64,000 nucleotides of DNA from Candidatus Poribacteria bacterium (GTDB lineage Bacteria > Poribacteria > WGA-4E > PCPOR2b), in the NCBI GenBank assembly GCA_965218095.1, contig OZ244587.1:480001-544000 (forward strand), in the 5' to 3' direction. Positions 52,400 to 63,078 of the stretch are shown here, piece after piece. The notes beneath the pieces were generated by a model. The model made no database searches. It was not told the DNA's origin and was given only the letters and a program-made list of their open reading frames with translations. Both the position numbers and the translations under genes were made by a program. Every line of letters begins with the position of its first letter. Position 1 is the stretch's first letter.

Positions 52400-54938
52400 A
52401 ATTATTTAGTTATGCTCAACAAATCGCCGAAACACAATACTTATGTCTTTACGCTTCTAGCTTCATCGGAAATGAGCTAGATTTTGACCACAAAATTATT
52501 CCTCATCGTGACAATGCGAAAATTTTAGAACGAGATACAACACTGCTGTCTTTTACCAAAGCCACCAACGTTGAAGACCGCTTCGCCGCTTGGCGTGATA
52601 CCTATCAATCACAACATGCCGAAAGCGGTATTTTTGAAGGCAATATTCAAGCCTACCAAATCGGTAAAAACAACTACACCCTAGCAGACGACACCAAAGC
52701 CATTGATGCCACCGATAAAGAGGGTAAATACCATCAATTCCGAACAATTTTAAGAAAGCACAACATAGCGAGGCGAGAGAACGCCTTTGAGGTATTGGTC
52801 AATCTGTTTTTATGCAAACTTGTTGACGAAGAGGACAACGAAACCGACCTGAAATTTTATTGGAAAGGTCGTACTTACGATGATTACTTTGATTTTGTCG
52901 ATAGATTGCAAAACCTCTATCAAAAAGGGATGCGTAAGTTTCTAAACGAAACCATCAGTTACATCAGTAACGAACAGATTGACGCCGCATTTTGGACGGT
53001 CAAAAACAAACGCAACGCCACCAAGAAACAGATTCAAGCCTATTTTAGAGATCTTAAATTTTTCACTAATTCCGCTTTCTCCTTTCTGGATACTCACAAC
53101 AAAGAATTATTCAACAAAAACGCCGAAGTGTTGTTAAAGATTGTGCAGATGTGGCAAGGGTTACGGCTCAAAACAGATGATCCAAACCAGTTTTTGGGGG
53201 ATATGTTTGAGTTTTTTCTCGACAACAGCATCAAGCAGTCCGAAGGACAGTTTTTCACGCCTTTGCCTATCTGCAAATTTATTGTCGCGTCCTTGCCACT
53301 CGCTAAAAAAATTGCAGCCACCCCCGAACCGATTAGAATCATTGATCACGCCTGTGGTTCGGGGCATTTCTTGAATGAATACGCTTATCAAATAAAACCG
53401 TTGATTGCAGAGCAGAACAGGGATCTAAGCGACTATTATAGCCAGATTACCGGCATTGAAAAAGAAGATCGTTTAGCCAAAGTCGCCAAAGTTGCCGCCC
53501 ATATGCACGGTCAAGGACAGATCAAGATACTGGATGCCGACGCGCTTGCTTCTCACCCTGAAGTCCCACCGGCGAGTTTCGATGTCTTGGTGGCAAATCC
53601 ACCCTTTGCAGTGGAAGGATTTTTAGAAACCTTGAGCGAGGAGGATAAAAAACAGTATCAACTTATCAAAGCCACGGGTGAAAGTAGCGATACCAATACC
53701 ATTCAATGCTTCTTTTTAGAACGGATTCATTACTTAATGGCTCCCGGTGGTCTGGTCGGTGTGATTGTTCCTTCCAGCATTCTGTCGAATACTGATGCGG
53801 TTCACACCCGCACGCGTGAGTTTCTGTTACAATTTTTTAATCTGGTGAGTATCGCCGAACTAGGTAAGGGTGCTTTTGGCAAGACAGGCACCAATACGGT
53901 GGTGCTCTTTTTAAGACGGAAAACGCAAAGACCTGAAGCAGCCGAGCATTACCACAATCGAGTGGAAGACTTTTTTGAAGGCGATCTCGAAAATGCAGAA
54001 TATCAAGACGACTACCTGATAAAAGCCTACTGCGAGCATATTGAAATCCCTTATGAGGAATACATCAAACTCTTTGCCCCAACCAGCATCGCACAACTTA
54101 CTGAGTTATTGCAATACGATATTTTCAATGACTACAAACAAGCCTTTAGTCAAAGTGCGGAGATGAAAGATCTGAAAAAATCCAATGTCTTTAAGAGAAA
54201 AACGGCAACGGAACAATCCGCAGAATTAGAGCAGCGCTTTATCGCTGACCTACATGCCATAGAAAAAAACAAACTCTATTACTTTATTCTGGCACACGAG
54301 CAAGCTGGCAGAGTGCTGATTGTCAATGCACCGAGCAGCAAAAAGGAATTAGACCAATTTTTAGGCTATAAGTGGAGCAAAGCCAAAGGCAGGGAAGGCA
54401 TTAAATACAACGGGGGCGAAACGGTCAACGATATTATCACTCCCCTGTTTGACCCGAAGGATTTAGACAATGGCAGCAAAATAAACACGGCGATCAAAAG
54501 CAACTTTATCGGTGAAACCACGGACCCACTGCCTGAATACTGCAATTATGCCAAACTCACCGATATGCTGGATTTTAGCCGCGCAGATTTTAATAAAGCC
54601 ATTAGCTTAAACCCTCAGCAGAATACTGATATTGAAACCAAGTGGAAGCGAAAAACTATACAGAATTTACTAGGAGAAATTGATGGACATACAACTCAAA
54701 TACAGGAAAGCGAAATTTTAGAAAAAGGGGAAACAGCAGTTATAACACAAGAACAAGATTTATTAATTTCTGGGTATACTGATAAAAAAGAAATTATTAC
54801 AGATTTACCTTTAATTGTTTTTGGCGATCATAGTTGTACATTCAAATATATAGATTTTCCATTTATTTGTGGTGCTGATGGCACACAATTATTAAAAGTT
54901 GATGAGAATGAATTAATACCAAAATGCTTTTATTATTT

Positions 54939-56047
54939 GAGGGGTGTGCATAGTAGTTCATTGGAAAACAGCCGCCATATGAGAGATATTGCGAGCAGGT
55001 AACTTCCATATGGCATTGGCAATCATAGCCACTTGCACTGATAACACCCCGATAGCTAAACAACAGCGTACATTGAAAAACCCCTTGACCGGTAACTGCT
55101 TCTGTTGAGGAGTGGTGCCTATCACTTTAGCAATCAAGTCAAACAACGGTTCAACCGAACTGCGACGTTTGCTTAAACAGAGACGCTGCTTGGGTTGGTT
55201 GATAAATCGATGATACGCCTTGGCAAACCGTCCCTTTGTCCATCTAAGTGCCGGGGTAATCAAAGCGACTTGTGCCTTCGCCCAACGACGGATACGGTCT
55301 GCTTGGGTATAGGCATCATCGGCAGTGAGTGTCTGCGGTGAAAGTTGTGTCAGAATCTCAGACGCTTTAGCATCTATCGCCCAACTTTCGGAGACCGACG
55401 CACGGTGCACAGTTATCAGTGTTGGGAACGCACCTTGTGTGCAGATAATGTGAAGTCCGTAGCCATAGACCCAGCCATGATAACCACTCTTGCTCCACGT
55501 GGCATCGGTGTCGAGGTTGCGTAGATGTTTAGGTACTTTTCCTGCTTTGCGGTCAGTTTGATGCCAGACGGGTCCTCGTGCCTTAAATAAACTTTTGTCG
55601 GCTACCAGATGAGCCAAGTTGAATTGTTGGGACAAGTCAGTGGCATACTGACCGATAAACAATACAAATGCCTCTATCACTTCATATAATGCCTTATAGC
55701 GACGTGCAATCGTGGTTCGATGAGGGGGCTGTTGCCACCCCAGCATTTGTAACACTTCTGGGTGATTGATTAGCCACCGCCATTGCGTTTTGAAGCCATA
55801 GATGCCGTGAAACTGCATCAACATGAAGAAAATGATAAACGAGGTGGTTGAATATGTCAATGGTTTTGCGTGTGTGACACCTGGTTTGTCAATACGGTGT
55901 TGCATAAACTGCTCAAAGAGTTGCATAATAAGAGTGACATAATCAGCCAACATTGGTCTTTGTACCATATTGGGGCTCCTTTTGCTATGATAACAATAGG
56001 AAACCCTTTTGGCTTGATTATGTCAACTATATTTATGCACACCCCTC
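54939..56047 (-). mobile_element. IS copy B, 1109 bp, inverted relative to copy A
   Basis: Same TIRs, 8-bp TSD TATTATTT. The protein differs by one residue (IGATPQ vs IGTTPQ). Confidence 0.95.
54958..55968 (-). CDS. DDE transposase, 336 aa
   Basis: Near-identical to 51370-52380. Confidence 0.9.
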   Translation of the reverse strand: MVQRPMLADYVTLIMQLFEQFMQHRIDKPGVTHAKPLTYSTTSFIIFFMLMQFHGIYGFKTQWRWLINHPEVLQMLGWQQPPHRTTIARRYKALYEVIEAFVLFIGQYATDLSQQFNLAHLVADKSLFKARGPVWHQTDRKAGKVPKHLRNLDTDATWSKSGYHGWVYGYGLHIICTQGAFPTLITVHRASVSESWAIDAKASEILTQLSPQTLTADDAYTQADRIRRWAKAQVALITPALRWTKGRFAKAYHRFINQPKQRLCLSKRRSSVEPLFDLIAKVIGTTPQQKQLPVKGFFNVRCCLAIGVLSVQVAMIANAIWKLPARNISHMAAVFQ

Positions 56048-56883
56048 TATTATTTAGTCCAGTTAGTTGAAATTCCAAACAGAGATAAATATGAGAGACA
56101 CTTTAAATATTTAAAAAATTTAGAAATCCCCCTCCCACTGTTTGAAATACAACAGCAGATTATCAATGAATGCGAGGCAGTGGATCAGGAAACCAACCAA
56201 GCCCTCCAAACCATTGTCACCTTCAAACGGCAGATTGAAGAAAAGGTGCAAGTGGTAATCAATGTAGGGTATGAAATGCAGAGAATAGATAGAGTGTTAA
56301 CTTTGGAATATGGGATTTCTTTACCTGAACACAAAAGAATTAGTGGTGATTTTCCTGTTTATGGTTCAAATGGAGTCGTTGGAAGCCACAATGAATTTTT
56401 AGTTAATGCACCTTGCATAATAGTTGGACGGAAGGGGAGCGCGGGGGAAATCAACTGGTCTGATAAGAATTGCACACCGATAGATACAACCTTTTATGTA
56501 AAGCTATTGGATGAAACTGCTACAGACTTAAGGTTCACTTACCACATGTTAAAGTCATTAAACCTGCCTTCATTGAAGGCGGGGTCAGGGCCGGGCGGAA
56601 TCAATAGGAACAATGTGTATAGCTTACAAATCCCCGTTCCCCCGCTTGATATTCAACAGCGGTTAGCGGCAGAAGTCAAGCAATTAGAAGAAGAAATCAC
56701 CCAAGCCCAAGCCATAATTGATAAGGCCACCGAGCGTAAAAATGTTATTCTCGCAAAGTATCTATGAAAGCAGAAAAAAGCACATCAGTTGTGGCGAATT
56801 CGGTTAGTTTACACTTTTTGGCAAACTTGCGCTGCAATTGAACTCAGTAATTAAACGAAGTCAGAGAAAGGAGCAAGAGGAAA

Positions 56884-57312
56884 TTGGGACCAATCACGCT
56901 CTTTGATAAATCGTTTCTACAGTCGCTTAGCATTGATGAATCGGTATGGTTTGATAACTTCTTCTATTCTGTTATCTGCCCAATCTTCTACGTGGAGACG
57001 CTGGCGGAAGCGCACTATATCCCGCTTGCGCCGCACTGTACGATGTCTTATCTTGGGCTGACTGCTAGTTTGCATGTGGCGGCGTCTATTCCATTTTTCT
57101 TGATTCATGAAGGCTACAAGGACGTCTTACCGGAGGGGGTCGCACGGAAGACCTGGGAAATGAATGAGAAAGGCTACGTGGCACTGCCAGAGGGCCCTGG
57201 CTTGGGCGTGGAGATTGATGAGGCGTTGGTGCTCAAGGTGGGGAAAGAACCAGCGCGACAGTTCAAGTGGCCTGATAATCGATTAAAAGATGGCTCCATT
57301 GCAGATTATTGA
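56884..57312 (+). pseudogene. Chimeric ORF: PIN-like hypothetical N-terminus fused to mandelate racemase/galactonate dehydratase C-terminus
   Basis: GPITLFDKSFLQSL...FYVETLA | EAHYIPLAPHC...PEGPGLGVEIDE...DGSIADY. Confidence 0.65.
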
Positions 57313-57425
57313 GTGGATGGTTATTGAAGAAACTGATACCAATTATCTATAGACTACTAAGCCACGCTCATATGATTGACCAGATGAGCGTTGAATCGAA
57401 GGAGTGTTTACAGGAGGAAATCGAG

Positions 57426-58442
57426 ATGAAATATCATGCTTACATTTCTATTGCAGGTGAGAACAAGATTTCGACCTTCACGATGCAGCCGGATACGGGA
57501 AAACTTCTGTTTCAGGAGGATGTCGCGGTCAGCGGTTCTGCCGGACCACTCGTGGTCCATCCTGATCGAAGTTTCCTTTACGCCGGCCTCCGATCTACCC
57601 GCGAAATTTCAAGTTTTCGCATTGATCAAAGTACAGGCGGTCTGTCGCTTATCGGGACGGTGTCGCTTGATGCGGATGCGTGCTACATGGCCACGGATCA
57701 AAAGGGCAACTTCTTACTTTCTGCGTATTATGGCGCCGGGGTGGCAGCGGTTCATCCCATTGGCCAGGACGGAGCGGTGGACAGCCTAGCCATCGAATGG
57801 CGTTCCACAGCGAATAAAGCGCATTGCATTATGACGGATACGTCCAACAAGTTTGCCTTCGTGCCCCATGTGGGTGAATCCAACCTTATTTTTCAATTCA
57901 AATTCGATGAAAACACCGGCGCACTAATCCCCAACGATGTGCCCACAGTTATCGCGGGAGAAGGGGAAGGTCCCCGTCACTTTGTCTTTCATCCGAACAA
58001 AGATATGCTGTATTTCTCAAACGAACAGGGGTCCGGTGTAACCGCCTACTATTTCGATTCGTCAGCCGGTATCCTGTCGGCTTTTCAGACAATATCGACG
58101 CTGCCGGGGGATTATGATGAGGAGAATTTCTGTGCACAGATCCATATCACACCCAATGGGAAATTCCTATATGTTTCAAATCGCGGTCACGACAGCATTG
58201 CAGGTTTTTCGATCGACGAAAGCACCGGTCGGTTAGCTTCTTTGGGACAACAGCCGACGGAAGCGACACCGAGAGCATTCACCGTCGATCCGACGGGAAA
58301 CTTCCTTTTTGCCGCCGGTCAGGCTTCGGGCAAGCTCGCCTCTTACCGAATCGAGTCCGAAAGCGGCACGCTTACGCCTTTAGAGACATACACGGTTGGG
58401 GAAAACCCCATGTGGGTGGTTATCTTAGGCTTACCAGGCTGA
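57426..58442 (+). CDS. Lactonase family (6-phosphogluconolactonase-like beta-propeller)
   Basis: LSAYYG, KAHCI, GPRHFVFHP, LYVSNRGHDSI and TPRAF motifs. RBS aggagg. Confidence 0.9.
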   Translation: MKYHAYISIAGENKISTFTMQPDTGKLLFQEDVAVSGSAGPLVVHPDRSFLYAGLRSTREISSFRIDQSTGGLSLIGTVSLDADACYMATDQKGNFLLSAYYGAGVAAVHPIGQDGAVDSLAIEWRSTANKAHCIMTDTSNKFAFVPHVGESNLIFQFKFDENTGALIPNDVPTVIAGEGEGPRHFVFHPNKDMLYFSNEQGSGVTAYYFDSSAGILSAFQTISTLPGDYDEENFCAQIHITPNGKFLYVSNRGHDSIAGFSIDESTGRLASLGQQPTEATPRAFTVDPTGNFLFAAGQASGKLASYRIESESGTLTPLETYTVGENPMWVVILGLPG

Positions 58443-58469
58443 TGGATGTTACCTGGATGGGGAGGCTTA

Positions 58470-58612
58470 ATGATTCAAGCCAACAAACACAATATCAAAG
58501 TTGGCCAAAAAATTGACAAACAGGTGAAATCCGAGTGGTGGACGAATGCGGTGTTGTGGTCGCCGGTGGAGGTGTGACCGTATTTGCCACAACCGTCGCC
58601 GCCGGTCGACTG
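58470..58612 (+). pseudogene. FAD-dependent oxidoreductase N-terminal stub
   Basis: EIRVVDECGVVVAGGGVTVFATTVAAGRL, a degenerate Rossmann start. Confidence 0.5.
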
Positions 58613-59008
58613 GTTGAGCAAATCGATGGTTGGCACAATGATCAGTGTGCTGCGACCAACGCGTTCAATGGCTTTGAGCGCAAGGAAGGTTTTTCCCGCG
58701 CCTGTTGGCAAAACAACCGTGCCGAGACAGTCTGCATCAATCCACGCCTGCAATGCCTCCTGCTGATAGTCGTGAAGATCGAAATCGAGTTTGAGCGTCG
58801 GCTTGATGGTTTCGTATTGAGGAACCGTTGTTGCGTATTGGACGCTGTCTTCACGGAGTTGGTTCACGGCATCCGGATAGTGCAACGCGAGCGCACACCA
58901 CTTTTCAACCCGCGTATCCCATTCAAAGTGCTCAGGAGGCGTTTCCGTGTTTTCAGCGATAATTGTGCCGTCATCGTAGCGGAAGTAGATTTTCTTTTCT
59001 TCGCTCAC
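58610..59008 (-). pseudogene. XPB/Ssl2-like DEAD/DEAH helicase, 3'-truncated
   Basis: LHDYQQEAL, LPTGAGKT and IIVPTIDLLNQ, then unrelated sequence. No DEAH motif. Confidence 0.8.
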
Positions 59009-59095
59009 GGTTCATGATGCGTAGAAACACAACCTTTCGACTTGGACAGCACGGTAAAGACTTGACCTTGTCAAAGGTGGTTTTGTGGAGACTGC

Positions 59096-60040
59096 TTAGT
59101 GGACTTGAATCTGGAGGGATAAATCCGTCTCAACTTGCTTTAGTCGTTTGTTATAAATTTGAATTATCTCCTGCAAGATTCCAAAGAAATCAGTCCTTTT
59201 TTCAGTAGCGATTTCGATAATGTTTAATGCTACGAATCCTTCTATCGAAGTGATTGTTATATCTTCCTCAATACCTTCATCTTGCGCAAGCGCTTTGGCT
59301 CTGTACTCTTGATCATTTGGGATGAGGAGCACTGGATGCTGACCTGCTTTTACATTTGTCGCACATTTTTGGATAACACTTCTTGATGGCGTGGCAGTGA
59401 CATGGTAGACCGTTTGTGCGATGGTAAAGTCACCGTCACGATCCGTTTGTCTATCAGCAGCATGAGCCGGATGATTCGGCACAGTTATGCCCTCGTATCG
59501 CCTTTCCAATTTCGCCCCCACAAGGTGTTGCTCGACCACGCCACCTGAGTTCTCCTTCGCATTTTCCAGAATAAGGCGAATCCAAGCCGTTGGCGCATGT
59601 CTTCGATTAAGCTCTAGTTTAAGGCTTTGTCGACTAAGCCATACCCTAGCTAACCTTGCTGTTTCTCCAATTAAGTCCTCAAGTAACTTATCTCGTTCCT
59701 GATTAGAAAGAGCCATTAATGTTCTTCCCCAATTAAAGAGTTCAAACAGCTTTTGTCCATCTTGAGGTGCCTGGCGCGTCGTGACTTCCTTAAGATACTT
59801 GCTGCTAACACCGTACTTTGCCAATATTTCTTCGAGTCCTGCCCGTGCTCCTTTGACTTCGCCTCCCTTTGATATGACATCCGTTCTTGAAACAGGACAG
59901 CTTCGACGTAAGTGATCAAGAACCACGATTCCAACAGCGACTGTATTTCGGGATATTTTTCCGCGCCGTGTACAAGACTTAATCCACTTATGGAGCGTCT
60001 CGAAGCTTTCTTGCCTAATTCGTTCGGTTTGAGCACTCAT
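59096..60040 (-). CDS. DUF4928-family protein (putative restriction endonuclease)
   Basis: EVTTR, GGVVEQHLVGAKLE, AADRQTDRDGDF, YHVT and YNKR...ETDLSLQI motifs. Operonic with vsr and dcm. Confidence 0.75.
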   Translation of the reverse strand: MSAQTERIRQESFETLHKWIKSCTRRGKISRNTVAVGIVVLDHLRRSCPVSRTDVISKGGEVKGARAGLEEILAKYGVSSKYLKEVTTRQAPQDGQKLFELFNWGRTLMALSNQERDKLLEDLIGETARLARVWLSRQSLKLELNRRHAPTAWIRLILENAKENSGGVVEQHLVGAKLERRYEGITVPNHPAHAADRQTDRDGDFTIAQTVYHVTATPSRSVIQKCATNVKAGQHPVLLIPNDQEYRAKALAQDEGIEEDITITSIEGFVALNIIEIATEKRTDFFGILQEIIQIYNKRLKQVETDLSLQIQVH

Positions 60041-60474
60041 TAGCTCGCCTTCTCCATGTTTAGCGCCTTCCGTATTTCCGACCGAATCCGTTTTCTTGCG
60101 GATGGATGACTCATTTCATGTTCCCAAATTCTTATCACATACCACCCACTACGACATAGTTTTTCGTTGTTCATGTGGTCTCGCTCAATATTACGTCTGA
60201 TTTTTTTCTCCCAATATTTGCGGTTTGTTTGAGGTCGTAGCATCCGATCGCAATGTGGACAACCGTGCCAAAAGCAGCCATCTGCAAAAATAGCAACATG
60301 TTCTGTCGAGAAAACAACATCAGGCTTTCCGGCAATCTCACCGGCGTTTTTCTTCCAACCCTTTAGTCCCATACCGGCAATCATAGAGAAAAGCCGTCTT
60401 TCGAGGCTAGTACCTTTTCCCTTGACGGCTTGCATTGTCTTCCGACGGTCTTCCAATTTAAGATTATCAGCCAT
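60040..60474 (-). CDS. vsr: Very short patch repair endonuclease
   Basis: GKPDVVF, AIFADGCFWHGCP, YW..KI..N..RD and IWEHE motifs. Confidence 0.93.
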   Translation of the reverse strand: MADNLKLEDRRKTMQAVKGKGTSLERRLFSMIAGMGLKGWKKNAGEIAGKPDVVFSTEHVAIFADGCFWHGCPHCDRMLRPQTNRKYWEKKIRRNIERDHMNNEKLCRSGWYVIRIWEHEMSHPSARKRIRSEIRKALNMEKAS

Positions 60475-60479
60475 CTTTA

Positions 60480-61640
60480 TTAGACCTTATAAACAGCTTG
60501 TGGTCGCTGACGGCTCAATTTTTCAACGAAGGGATTGAGGGCGTTTTCGGCTATCCAAGCAATGGCAGGGACACAAACGGCATCGCCAAATCCCCATAGT
60601 GCTTGGTTGAGGGGCACGGATATTGTGTAATCATCGACGCCCATCAATCGCGCACATTCGCGGGGGGTAAGAAGTCTTGCGAAGTATTTCCCCCTTCCAG
60701 CCTTAAACAGAATTTGTCTACCACTCCCGCCCCGGGGTGTGCGTAGGCAACCTGCTAAACCATCGACCCTCAACTCTGCCATTGATTTACCTTTGCGCAT
60801 TCGACGAAAAACCGTTCCGTAAGACCACTCTGAGCCCGCTATCATCCGATCCGCTATCTCCGCATGACGTGGACTCATCTGATTGAGAAGATACGTCGCA
60901 CGTTCCGGACTCCACCACTCCGGCGCGTTTTCAGGGAGATCTTCAAGGATCGCTTCAAGCGTTATTTTTCTCTGTGGTGGGGCTGGGAAATCGTGTATGC
61001 TCCATTGAATTTCTGGATGCATTAGGATAAAATCGAACAACGCCTTCGGCCTAACCTCGCCCCAAAAATGTGGCGTTTCTTTCAATTCGTGTAACCCTAA
61101 ATAACCATTCAGAAGTCCAATAACAAAGAGACGCTGCCTGCTTTGCGGTACAAAGTTCGCTGCATTTAGCATAATTGCATCAACACAATATCCTAAGCGG
61201 TTTAGCGCAAGCAGGGCTTCCTTGAAATCTGCTCCTTTATGCGACGTAAGGAACCCGGTGACGTTTTCTAGTAAGACGATGGGAGGTTTACGTTTCTCCA
61301 TCTCTTCAAGAATACGAATGAATTCCCAGAAAACGGAGGAATGTTTGCCATTTAGGCCAGAGTATCCACCCGCAAGCGACAGATCGTTGCAAGGAAAGGA
61401 TGCGGTAGCCAAAGTAACAGTCGGAATATGTCCAGCGGAGAGATTGCGAATATCTTCTAAGAGAAGATGCGTATCGGCATCGCTGAAGTGCCCTTTGTAC
61501 ATCTCGTATTTCTGAAGATCTATATCATTGGCAAATGATATAGACCAACTTTGTTGTTCCAACCCCAACCTCATCAAACCAATCCCTGCGAAAAAATCGG
61601 CGAATGTTCTATTAAATCTTTGGCGAATACTTGTTTGCAT
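60480..61640 (-). CDS. dcm: DNA (cytosine-5)-methyltransferase
   Basis: FFAGIG, SFPCNDLS, LENV, PQSRQR, LTPRECARLMG and FGDAV motifs. Confidence 0.93.
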   Translation of the reverse strand: MQTSIRQRFNRTFADFFAGIGLMRLGLEQQSWSISFANDIDLQKYEMYKGHFSDADTHLLLEDIRNLSAGHIPTVTLATASFPCNDLSLAGGYSGLNGKHSSVFWEFIRILEEMEKRKPPIVLLENVTGFLTSHKGADFKEALLALNRLGYCVDAIMLNAANFVPQSRQRLFVIGLLNGYLGLHELKETPHFWGEVRPKALFDFILMHPEIQWSIHDFPAPPQRKITLEAILEDLPENAPEWWSPERATYLLNQMSPRHAEIADRMIAGSEWSYGTVFRRMRKGKSMAELRVDGLAGCLRTPRGGSGRQILFKAGRGKYFARLLTPRECARLMGVDDYTISVPLNQALWGFGDAVCVPAIAWIAENALNPFVEKLSRQRPQAVYKV

Positions 61641-61759
61641 ATCACTTGTTACTCTTTACGTTGTACGCATCACGCACAGGCTGACGACATCTCTGCTGAG
61701 AGCCCCTTTTTTCGAGTGTGTCCTTCGTAACCACTTCATACAGAATTGCGTATTTTCCT

Positions 61760-62431
61760 TCACGCTTGCCGATTGAATCCCCTTCGCCCTAGCCAGCCAT
61801 CGAAAATCGCATATCCCCAGAAGAGTGCCATTTGAATTAGACCACTGATCTTGAACTGCCAACGTGGGCGAAACCGCCACTGTGCGGTACTGTAAATGCT
61901 TAATCCATATTCGTCTTTCTTAACCGAGTATGTCTGGTAATTATCAGCTATCAACCACCAACTACCTTCTTTTTTTGTTGAAATCTTCGCATCTTTATAA
62001 ACTAAGACTTTATGATTCCTAAATTCCTGTCGCAAACTCTCTGAGAGACCTTTGCTATCCACTAAATCCTTTTGGAACTCAGCCCCCATGCGAAATAGAA
62101 ACTTTCTGTCGGACGTGTGTAACGGATAACTACGCCACCGTTTTTGTTCCCTATTTTCCGCAGCGGGTTCATGGACTTCTGAACTTACTTCTGCCTGTTT
62201 TTTCGCCTGTCGCTCGTCCGGCGATTTATCAAACAGATCGAGGCGTGTCAAATCTCGCCAACTGTTCACCGGCAACGAATGGATGTAGATGAGCGCTGCT
62301 GCGGAGGCAACCCCCAGGAATAGAATGAATCCTTTCAGCTGCTTACGCAGATAGAGCTGTCCCAGTCCAGGCATAACAACCGACAGCAACATGGCGCGGT
62401 AAGATCGCCTGCCGGCACTCACTTCTGCCAT
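61760..62431 (-). CDS. Hypothetical membrane protein (PGLGQLY-type)
   Basis: LSVVMPGLGQLYL..KG N-terminal motif and a C-terminal TM ending YAIFDG. Confidence 0.7.
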   Translation of the reverse strand: MAEVSAGRRSYRAMLLSVVMPGLGQLYLRKQLKGFILFLGVASAAALIYIHSLPVNSWRDLTRLDLFDKSPDERQAKKQAEVSSEVHEPAAENREQKRWRSYPLHTSDRKFLFRMGAEFQKDLVDSKGLSESLRQEFRNHKVLVYKDAKISTKKEGSWWLIADNYQTYSVKKDEYGLSIYSTAQWRFRPRWQFKISGLIQMALFWGYAIFDGWLGRRGFNRQA

Positions 62432-62446
62432 CCTGATCTCCTCCTT

Positions 62447-62818
62447 CTATGAGTCGCTACTGGCAATGAGGTAGACGCCGATACAGATGACGATCACCCC
62501 AATGATCCGTATCTTTGGCACCGGTTCTTTGAATAATAATCATGCAAAAAAGATTGATAAAACATAGCCCAAACTGATCATCGGGTAGGCGACGCTCAGT
62601 TTGACCCGTGACAAAATCACAAGCCAAATCGCCGTTGTGAATCCGTACACCGCAATCCCGCCAATGACAAATGGATTCAAAAGCGCCCGAATTAACATCG
62701 GGATGACAGCTTTCAGCGATCCAACCCGACCGACATCGATCATTCCCTGCTTCAACAGGACTTGACCCATAACCGCTAAACATACGTTAAAAAAGAGTAA
62801 CAGAAAATCTTTCCTCAT
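62447..62818 (-). pseudogene. EamA/SMR (ArnE/ArnF-like) transporter with in-frame TGA
   Basis: GQVLLK...LSVAYPMISLGYV...FA*LLFKEPV..RIIGVIVICIGVYLI. TGA at 62540-62542 where W is expected. Confidence 0.8.
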
Positions 62819-62936
62819 TATGTGTAAGTGCTTCCCTTCAATTGTACAGTTTGAATATTGTCCGTCATCGTTGTATCCTCTTTGTCTTGTAGTGATGACT
62901 CAACCATTGAGTTCTCGGATAGGCTCTTAGTATACA

Positions 62937-63051
62937 AGCCGGTTGAAATTTTTAACAGATGCAAAAGCAATACAAACTTTTCGGCTTCCATTGTATTCTT
63001 TTGCTATGATTAACCTACGCCATTTACTAACGTGAAAAGTTTCAACCGGTT
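62937..63051. other. Nested inverted repeat (possible structured RNA or MITE)
   Basis: Outer arms ccggttgaaattttt/aaaagtttcaaccgg and inner arms gcaaaagcaatacaa/ttgtattcttttgc. Confidence 0.55.
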
Positions 63052-63078
63052 CTACAACAATTTTGCGCAAAAGTAAAT

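Larger units (their letters stand above)
50871..56767 (+). pseudogene. Fused restriction-modification-specificity (type IIG/type I-like) enzyme interrupted by two IS copies
   Basis: Nuclease GRADIL..IIECKT, MTase GQFFTP, IDHACGSGHF and ANPPF, and two TRD/S segments. Excising both IS plus TSDs restores DGDQLFSYAQQ and CFYYLVQLVEIP in frame. Confidence 0.9.

Noticed and set aside
52400-54938. Segment already inverted between the two IS copies
   Set aside because: Each IS is still flanked by its own matching TSD, and the R-M frame is collinear.
58610-59008. Helicase as the dnd-associated restriction helicase
   Set aside because: It is 37 kb from dndCD, truncated before motif II, and its N-terminus fits generic XPB/Ssl2-like helicases.
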